Source: Candidatus Limimonas egerieequi (GTDB lineage: Bacteria; Bacillota; Clostridia; Oscillospirales; Acutalibacteraceae). From it: a stretch of 64,000 nt of DNA. The notes under the pieces are model-generated. The model was not told where the DNA came from. It worked only from the letters and a program-made list of their open reading frames with translations, and did no database searches. The stretch covers positions 4,683-68,682 of the forward strand of contig JAGHVH010000029.1 of the NCBI GenBank assembly GCA_018064455.1, written 5' to 3'. Made by a program: the position numbers and the translations under genes. Positions 58,059 to 64,000 of this stretch are shown here, in pieces; positions within the stretch are counted from its first letter, which is position 1; the number at the start of each line of letters is the position of its first letter.

Positions 58059-58319
58059 CTTGCTACAATACAATTAGTCTAAAAATAAATATCACAATTT
58101 GGCAAAGTTTCTCTCAATTCATCAACTTAATCATCTCATGGCTGTTTAACAGACATATCAACATATTCAAAAGGTGAATTTGTATTTCTTGCCTGCCCTC
58201 TCAACAAATCTCTTAATTTGCTATCTTCTTAGTAAAGCTAATAAAAATTCTTTTCATATATTTCGCCACATTTCAATTTGCAACGACCTATAACGTTCTA
58301 CATCAAATAATACATTTAC

Positions 58320-58481
58320 TTAAGGCTTTGGTTTCGATACATTAGTATCGGTTTTAGGCGGTGACGGCGGTGCATTTTTACTTGTAGGCTGGTACCCAAA
58401 TTTACCTGGATTCGGTTGATACCTACGTTGCACAACACCTTTTCGAGGAATTCCTTTATTACATTTTTGATTGTTATTCAT
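58320..58481 (-). CDS. possible 53-codon ORF (basic, Pro-rich), translationally coupled to the upstream membrane-protein gene
   Basis: My own translation gives MNNNQKCNKGIPRKGVVQRRYQPNPGKFGYQPTSKNAPPSPPKTDTNVSKPKP. Its ATG lies inside GATGAATAA, overlapping the stop of the 58474-59091 gene. It is below the ORF-track length cutoff. Confidence 0.3.
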   Translation of the reverse strand: MNNNQKCNKGIPRKGVVQRRYQPNPGKFGYQPTSKNAPPSPPKTDTNVSKPKP

Positions 58482-59091
58482 CAATTTGTGCTCCTTTCTT
58501 AAACTCTATACAACGTATTTGATCTTTAGGAATATAAAATCCTTTGCTTTCTTCGTCAAAAATCCAATTTCCTTCATCATCAAGTTTATAGCCATTTTCA
58601 ACATAAATATCTCTTTCTTCGTAATCAGAAGAGCTAAATGATTCTCCAGAATACCAACCACGAAGAATATTGCCATCTATCATTGTAATGACAACAAAAC
58701 TCGGTTCTAGTTGTGAAAAGAAATAATCCCATGCTGATGGTATAGAATGAGTAGGGTTAAGTTTTACCCTTCGAAGTATTTTACCAACAACATCTTTGTA
58801 TTTTAACATAGAAATAGCAATTGCAATAAATGTAGCTCCAATAATTGTAATTGCAACAAGAAGTAAGAACAAAATGTATATATGTTTTGATAATTCTCTA
58901 AAGGCAATTATATATAGCCAACTCCAGCAAGCACAATTCACCACACTATAAGCAAGGCACTTTAGAAAATATATACTCTCACTATACTTTTTAGGCGGAT
59001 TTGTTTTATCAACAATTGAGTTTACAATAAATCCGGGTAATATAAATATTGTGGTAAGAAACACAACTTCCAAAGAATCTATAGTCATCAT
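58474..59091 (-). CDS. membrane protein, 3 N-terminal TM helices + soluble C-terminal domain (possibly DUF6338-like)
   Basis: TM segments VVFLTTIFILPGFIV, AYSVVNCACWSWLYIIAF and ILFLLLVAITIIGATFIAIAI. The C-terminal part reads SAWDYFF...VVITMIDGNILRGWY. RBS aaggtga. Confidence 0.55.
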   Translation of the reverse strand: MMTIDSLEVVFLTTIFILPGFIVNSIVDKTNPPKKYSESIYFLKCLAYSVVNCACWSWLYIIAFRELSKHIYILFLLLVAITIIGATFIAIAISMLKYKDVVGKILRRVKLNPTHSIPSAWDYFFSQLEPSFVVITMIDGNILRGWYSGESFSSSDYEERDIYVENGYKLDDEGNWIFDEESKGFYIPKDQIRCIEFKKGAQIDE

Positions 59092-59271
59092 TTCACCTTA
59101 TTTCATAAATTAGTCTATAGTATTTATTATTTTATTCTACGAATAATCGTTCAATAATTATATTCTCAATAAACGTCATTCATACAGCTTAATTAACATA
59201 TACGGAATACATTATTTTTGATGCGCATATTAAATTAAATCGCCATATTTACGCCATTTATGCGGTTTGTC

Positions 59272-59320
59272 AACAAATTCCAACCTCAACACAATGAAGT
59301 TGGGATTTGCCTACATTTCA
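59272..59320 (-). repeat. conserved hairpin element, copy B
   Basis: aacaaattccaacct-caacacaatga-agttgggatttgcctaca. Its 3' end on the minus strand abuts a TTGACA hexamer. Confidence 0.7.
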
Positions 59321-59352
59321 TAATACAACAATCCGCATTGTTTTTATACATA

Positions 59353-60144
59353 TTACTTTGTAAAATGAGCAACTCCAATTTTCACTGATCTATAAACAAA
59401 ATCAACTTCTAACGGGAAGATCTCATCAAGTTGTTGCATTTTTTCCATCACATTATCCACATCAAATATTATTTGTGCATTTCCTGCTTTTCTTTGAATT
59501 AATCTCAACAAAAACCATAATGGACTAATTTCTTTATTGAAATAAATATTTCCACGTCCATCCGAATTGTACTCGAATATTACAGTGTTAATATCAGAAT
59601 AGTTTAATTCAAAGTATCGTTCACCTTTTGAAACATTTACGCATTCAATAGAATTTTCTTTGAATATCCATTCTTGCTTCTTTTCTAAAAGTAATTTAGT
59701 TGGTAAACATACACAGATATTAAGAGCACAAACAAAAATCATCAATGCACAGATTATCTTTATAAAAGCATTATGCTGCGATACTATCAAATCAATATTG
59801 ATACAAATACCTACTAACAAAATTAAATTCAGAAACAGCATTATTGAATCAAAATAATTCATTCTACATTTAGGTCTGATACTAATTTCACTATAAACTA
59901 AATCTGTTTTTTCCCTTTTCCTTTCAAATTGCCTTTTAGAAATAATCCTTTGATATGCCCTAAGAAATGAAATAATATAGATTAGCAGTAAAGGCACCGC
60001 CATAAAAGGTGCAAAGAAATACATCTCATTTGTAAATTCAAAAACATTATTAGAATTATAAGGATCAAACAAATTCGAATACATAATCAACGCAAACAAA
60101 ATAAATCCACCAATTAGAAACACTAAAATTCTTGTTTTTTGCAT
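59353..60144 (-). CDS. 4-TM membrane protein with cytoplasmic C-terminal domain; putative immunity protein for the upstream RHS toxin
   Basis: Starts 13 nt after the RHS stop with RBS gaggg. This is the toxin-then-immunity position. I recognise no family. Confidence 0.55.
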   Translation of the reverse strand: MQKTRILVFLIGGFILFALIMYSNLFDPYNSNNVFEFTNEMYFFAPFMAVPLLLIYIISFLRAYQRIISKRQFERKREKTDLVYSEISIRPKCRMNYFDSIMLFLNLILLVGICINIDLIVSQHNAFIKIICALMIFVCALNICVCLPTKLLLEKKQEWIFKENSIECVNVSKGERYFELNYSDINTVIFEYNSDGRGNIYFNKEISPLWFLLRLIQRKAGNAQIIFDVDNVMEKMQQLDEIFPLEVDFVYRSVKIGVAHFTK

Positions 60145-60157
60145 TAAAATAACCCTC

Positions 60158-63100
60158 TTATTGTTTACTGATTAAACTGATAATATCACCTAAAGTAAGA
60201 GAACCTTTTCCTTGGGTGAGGTGACCTTCAAATGGAAAGACTGAATAAATAGACGGATTTATAGAATATGAATCATATTCGCCAGACGAATAAATCACTT
60301 CGTGTTCAACACCTATAATCCCTATAGATGCACCTTCGTAAAACGAATTTCCATACAAATATTCACCAATACTCGGTGTGTTTGCAAACGCAAGTGTTCC
60401 TGAAAGCGCAACATTTGGAGTACCAGTTCCTACTTGGCCAGCAAAAAGTACAATTTCATAATTACCTTTTTCATCAATTAGAAAGCCAGAGGAAAGCGAA
60501 CCGCAAACAATAAATCCTCCAGTAATTGTAACACCAACAAAAGCTGTATCTTTTTTTGGGGAAAGTGCATCAATAATAATATCATATACATCTTCGCATC
60601 CATATTTTACAGACTGTTCTCTAACTATTTCAGATAAATATTGAGATTTTGTTTCTTTTACATATTTTTTCTCGTTTTTATTCTCTTTTACCTGCGTATG
60701 CACATTTTGTTCTAATGTTGGATTACCTGGCGTATTAGTTATCCAACCTCCAAGCTCGGTTGATTTAAAATTATTCCACACATTTTTAATGTTTAATGCA
60801 ACTTTATTTCCAAAACTTTTAGCACTATTTAAAAAAACCTTAACTGAAAAATTACCACTTGGATCAACAAAGTTGATAGGATTGTTTCCAACGTAAGCGT
60901 AACTATTTCGAGTGATAGGTTTGTTGGTATAACCTTGGAAAGTATCCTTACTTTGGAACCTGTGAGTACTTGGATTGTAGTATCTAGCACGTAAATACTG
61001 AAGGCCAGTTGAAGAGTCTGTATACTCTGCATTGTACTGATAAGGATTGTTGATAAGGTTGTTGGATGCAAATGTCTTACCATAGATGTTATATGTGTAA
61101 GATACAGCTATGTTACCATTCTTGTCAGTCAGTTGAGATACAGAACCCCTACCATCATATAGGTAAGAATATGAAATGCCATTGATGATAGCGCTATTTC
61201 TGCCATTACCATAGTCATAAACATTGGTAACCGCACCATTTGAACCGTATTCAAGAAGAACCTCTGAATACTCCTTGGTTAAATCAACAACATAACCTGT
61301 TAATTCGTATGAAAACGCATTAAACGCATTGATGCCATACATTGAAAGAAGGTTCTGCTTGATTATGCTCTTATCATATTCAATATGATTTTTACCTGAT
61401 GTACTACAAGAATTAAATACCTTTTCAGCGGTTCCTGCCGTTGTCTTAACTTCCTTTTCAAGGGTATATGCTCTATTGCCAGCACCGTCATATATGATTG
61501 CTTGAATTAATGTACCGTTTTCGTATGTGGCAACCAATCTATTTTCATTATCGTATTCATATGTCTTAGTGCCCTTTGTAAGAGTAATGTTCACGTATAG
61601 CTCAATACATTTTAATGCCGAAGCATATTCCATATTGTAGCTGTTTACTTCCTTGATAAGGTTACCATTCTTGTCATATGAGTATTTGGTGATAGCCTTA
61701 AGCTTATCAACAGTCAAGGTCTTAACTGTTAACTGATCTGCCTCATTATATTCATAAGCGGTTTTATAAAGAGTGTTTTCACCCTTCTTAACCACTTCTG
61801 ATAAGCAGTTTCCATCATTGTCATATGTGTATACTGTGTCTGTTAAGCTCCAAGTTTTACCACAGTTTGTGGTGTTCTTTTCAGTAACCATAGCCACCTG
61901 ACATCTATCATCATAACTATAGAAACGTTCAGTAGTGTTTCCGCTTTGAGTAATAGTCTCTTTGACAATCATGCCAGAAAGATCATATTCATACTCAAAT
62001 GAAGAAATCTCATCATCCTTATCTTTACCAAGTAAAGTTTTATACTCTTTGATATTCTTTACAGATACAACATTATCGTCCTCATCATATGCGAGATATG
62101 TGTGTGAATCGTTTGCTCTTATAACTTCAGTGATGTTTTCATTTTCATCTCTTAGATATCTAACAGAATTACCAGATATATCAGTCATACCTATAATTTG
62201 GTCTAAGTAATCATAGTCATACTTAGCAGCCATTCCATTAGGATATTGAAGCTTTGTCAAATCACCAAGTTTGCTATATGTATATTCTATCGTAGAAGTA
62301 CCATTTGGTAAAGTTTCTTTTACCAATCTTCCAAGAGCGTCTGTCTCAAAAGTCGTTTTACCAAAGACATCTTCCATAGATGAGATATATCCATCAGCAT
62401 CATAATTGTATTTGGTGTTTTCTGTCTTGTTTTCTGTGAGTTGACCTAAAACATCATAAGCATATTCAGTTGATGTGCCATCTGCATTTTTTACTTTTGC
62501 AATCTGTGAATTCAAGTTGTATTCAAATTCACTGATATTTGAAAGTGGGTCCTTTATTGATACCTGATTTCCAACAAGGTCGTATGCATAGGTTGTTTCG
62601 TTTCCATTACCATTTACATAACTTGTCAAATTACCAACCGTGTCATACTTATAATTTGCAGTAACCACATCTCCTTCTTTTACAGAAGAAAGATTACCAT
62701 TTTTGGTATATGTGTATGCTATTTCCCTACCTACAGGGTCCTTGATGTTAGTAACATTGTAGATGGCATCATATGTATATTCCGTTGTTCCGCCTCTTCG
62801 ATTAGTAGTTGAAATGAGATTGTTCATCAAGTCATAACCATATGAAACCTCATTCCCCTTATAATCTGATTCAGCTATAAGATTGCCAACTGAGTCGTAT
62901 GTAAAGTTACGTGTCCTATGCTTAGGATTTGTTATTGAAACAACATTTCCAAGAGCATCAACTTCGTACGTATAAATTGAACCATTATCATTTACTGAAA
63001 CCAAATCGCCTCTTGCGTTATATTCATAAGTTGTCTCTTCTCCAAGTGCGTTAGTTTCAGATACCAAGTTATACATGACATCATACTTATATAATGTTTT

Positions 63101-64000
63101 CTTACCCATTGCACTTTCTAATAAAGTAACATTTGAGTTCAAATCATATGTGTATGATATAGTAGCTTCTTTTGCATTTGTTGCTGCAATCAGACGAGAC
63201 GCTTTGTCATATATGTAACTATTGTTTGCACCAGCGTTTGTGCTGTCACCAGAAAGTTGTCCCTTTTCATTAAAGGTATATGTCGTTTCAAGACCATTAG
63301 CAGCCTTCTCATTTACAACTCGACTTTCAAGGTCAAAAGTATCCTCTAAGACTGCACCATTTGGGGACACAATTTTAGTATTGTTTCCAAACTTATCATA
63401 TGAGAACTTGTATTCATTTCCTTCATAGTCAGTGTTCTTGCTAACAAGTCCAACTTTATTATATGAGAAAGTCATTGTATTACCCAAAGCATTTGTCATT
63501 GCTATTAGGTTTTCATTTGCATCATATGCATAAAGTGTGGCATTGCCATTTGCATCGATTACTTTCGATACTAAATCATAGCTATTGTACTCATAGATAG
63601 TAACAGCATCATTTTCATCTGTAGTTTTAATAAGATTGCCGTTTAAATCATATTCATACTTTGTAACATGGCCAAGTGCATCAGCTCTTGTTGAAACTAG
63701 ATTTAATGAGTTATATGTATACTTTGTAACAAAGCCGAGTTCATCTGTTATTGATAACAAATTGCCGTTTTTGTCATATGAATACTCAAGAGTGCTTCCA
63801 TTACTTTGAGTCGTCTTAACAATTTGTCCAAGAGCATCATACTCATATGAATTATTTAATCCAGAATTATTTACTTCACTTACTATATTACCGACAGTGT
63901 CATATGAATAAGTTGTTTTAAGTCCAGTCGGGTATGAAATCGACTCAACTCTATTCATATTATCATAAGTATATGCTGTTACAGCGCCTGCCTTATCAAC
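60158..64000 (-). CDS. RHS/YD-repeat polymorphic toxin, partial (N-terminus beyond the window end), with a 229-aa unrecognised C-terminal domain
   Basis: Dozens of YD repeats (e.g. YSYDTVGN, YEYDALGQ, YTYNSLNL). The RHS core end motif is RARYYNPSTHRFQSKD...YAYVGNNPINFVDPSG. The frame stays open through 63959-64000 (VDKAGAVTAYTYDN). Confidence 0.9.
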   Translation of the reverse strand, partial: VDKAGAVTAYTYDNMNRVESISYPTGLKTTYSYDTVGNIVSEVNNSGLNNSYEYDALGQIVKTTQSNGSTLEYSYDKNGNLLSITDELGFVTKYTYNSLNLVSTRADALGHVTKYEYDLNGNLIKTTDENDAVTIYEYNSYDLVSKVIDANGNATLYAYDANENLIAMTNALGNTMTFSYNKVGLVSKNTDYEGNEYKFSYDKFGNNTKIVSPNGAVLEDTFDLESRVVNEKAANGLETTYTFNEKGQLSGDSTNAGANNSYIYDKASRLIAATNAKEATISYTYDLNSNVTLLESAMGKKTLYKYDVMYNLVSETNALGEETTYEYNARGDLVSVNDNGSIYTYEVDALGNVVSITNPKHRTRNFTYDSVGNLIAESDYKGNEVSYGYDLMNNLISTTNRRGGTTEYTYDAIYNVTNIKDPVGREIAYTYTKNGNLSSVKEGDVVTANYKYDTVGNLTSYVNGNGNETTYAYDLVGNQVSIKDPLSNISEFEYNLNSQIAKVKNADGTSTEYAYDVLGQLTENKTENTKYNYDADGYISSMEDVFGKTTFETDALGRLVKETLPNGTSTIEYTYSKLGDLTKLQYPNGMAAKYDYDYLDQIIGMTDISGNSVRYLRDENENITEVIRANDSHTYLAYDEDDNVVSVKNIKEYKTLLGKDKDDEISSFEYEYDLSGMIVKETITQSGNTTERFYSYDDRCQVAMVTEKNTTNCGKTWSLTDTVYTYDNDGNCLSEVVKKGENTLYKTAYEYNEADQLTVKTLTVDKLKAITKYSYDKNGNLIKEVNSYNMEYASALKCIELYVNITLTKGTKTYEYDNENRLVATYENGTLIQAIIYDGAGNRAYTLEKEVKTTAGTAEKVFNSCSTSGKNHIEYDKSIIKQNLLSMYGINAFNAFSYELTGYVVDLTKEYSEVLLEYGSNGAVTNVYDYGNGRNSAIINGISYSYLYDGRGSVSQLTDKNGNIAVSYTYNIYGKTFASNNLINNPYQYNAEYTDSSTGLQYLRARYYNPSTHRFQSKDTFQGYTNKPITRNSYAYVGNNPINFVDPSGNFSVKVFLNSAKSFGNKVALNIKNVWNNFKSTELGGWITNTPGNPTLEQNVHTQVKENKNEKKYVKETKSQYLSEIVREQSVKYGCEDVYDIIIDALSPKKDTAFVGVTITGGFIVCGSLSSGFLIDEKGNYEIVLFAGQVGTGTPNVALSGTLAFANTPSIGEYLYGNSFYEGASIGIIGVEHEVIYSSGEYDSYSINPSIYSVFPFEGHLTQGKGSLTLGDIISLISKQ

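Noticed and set aside
57928-58059. The 44-codon N-terminal extension of the ECF sigma ORF given in the ORF track.
   Set aside because: It would translate through the conserved hairpin repeat and the G9 tract, and adds no sigma-like sequence. The internal ATG at 57927 gives a normal-length ECF sigma.
58060-58319. A ~260-nt spacer checked for a degraded gene (transposase, orphan rhs tip or immunity remnant).
   Set aside because: All six frames are broken by frequent stops, with only very short peptides and no recognisable motif. I cannot support a pseudogene call.
60850-64000. Highly repetitive appearance of the DNA, considered as a tandem repeat or CRISPR-like array.
   Set aside because: The periodicity is at the protein level (degenerate YD repeats in one continuous ORF). 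There are no identical direct DNA repeats with unique spacers.
52255-64000. Calling the AT-rich block a prophage, ICE or transposon.
   Set aside because: No integrase, recombinase, transposase, phage structural gene, tRNA target or terminal repeat is visible in the window. It is described only as an accessory island.

Overview
This is a Firmicutes/Clostridia-type chromosomal segment. Gene content suggests a Lachnospiraceae-like anaerobe, but that is inference only.

Positions 1 to ~52.2 kb are conserved core genome, mostly on the minus strand. In order:
- a two-component system (the kinase is cut by the window edge)
- rpoD-dnaG-dgt-like, a U32 peptidase, mltG, a DJ-1 protein, a GNAT, tmk and nnr
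- a Phe T-box leader with pheS and pheT
- ireB, then a MacA/MacB-like adaptor and permease pair, yigZ and rpmE
- a compact dcw cluster: mraZ-rsmH-ftsL-pbp-murF-mraY-ftsW-murG-ftsQ-ftsZ
- hppA
- two divergently transcribed paralogous degenerate-GGDEF/EAL proteins that carry PAS-like modules after the EAL domain
- mscL
- a LarC N-terminal domain fused to a CsoR-like domain
- a NuoE/NuoF/2Fe-2S-GltD operon (Stn/Nfn-like)
- a CaCA antiporter, a yybP-ykoY Mn riboswitch with mntP, a DUF853 ATPase and ohrR

From ~52.26 kb to the window end the DNA becomes visibly AT-rich (not computed) and carries accessory cargo:
- an ECF sigma/anti-sigma (DUF4367-type) pair, two small secreted proteins sharing a conserved upstream motif, three polytopic membrane proteins, a short ABC ATPase and a BspA-type LRR protein
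- a membrane-protein gene with a translationally coupled 53-codon ORF
- the 3' portion of a large RHS/YD-repeat polymorphic toxin, with an unrecognised Gly-rich C-terminal domain and a tightly coupled membrane protein that is a putative immunity factor

I saw no rRNA, tRNA, CRISPR array, transposase or integrase. The best candidates for undescribed biology are the ECF/secreted-protein/ABC module, the RHS C-terminal domain with its membrane partner, and the LarC1-CsoR fusion.
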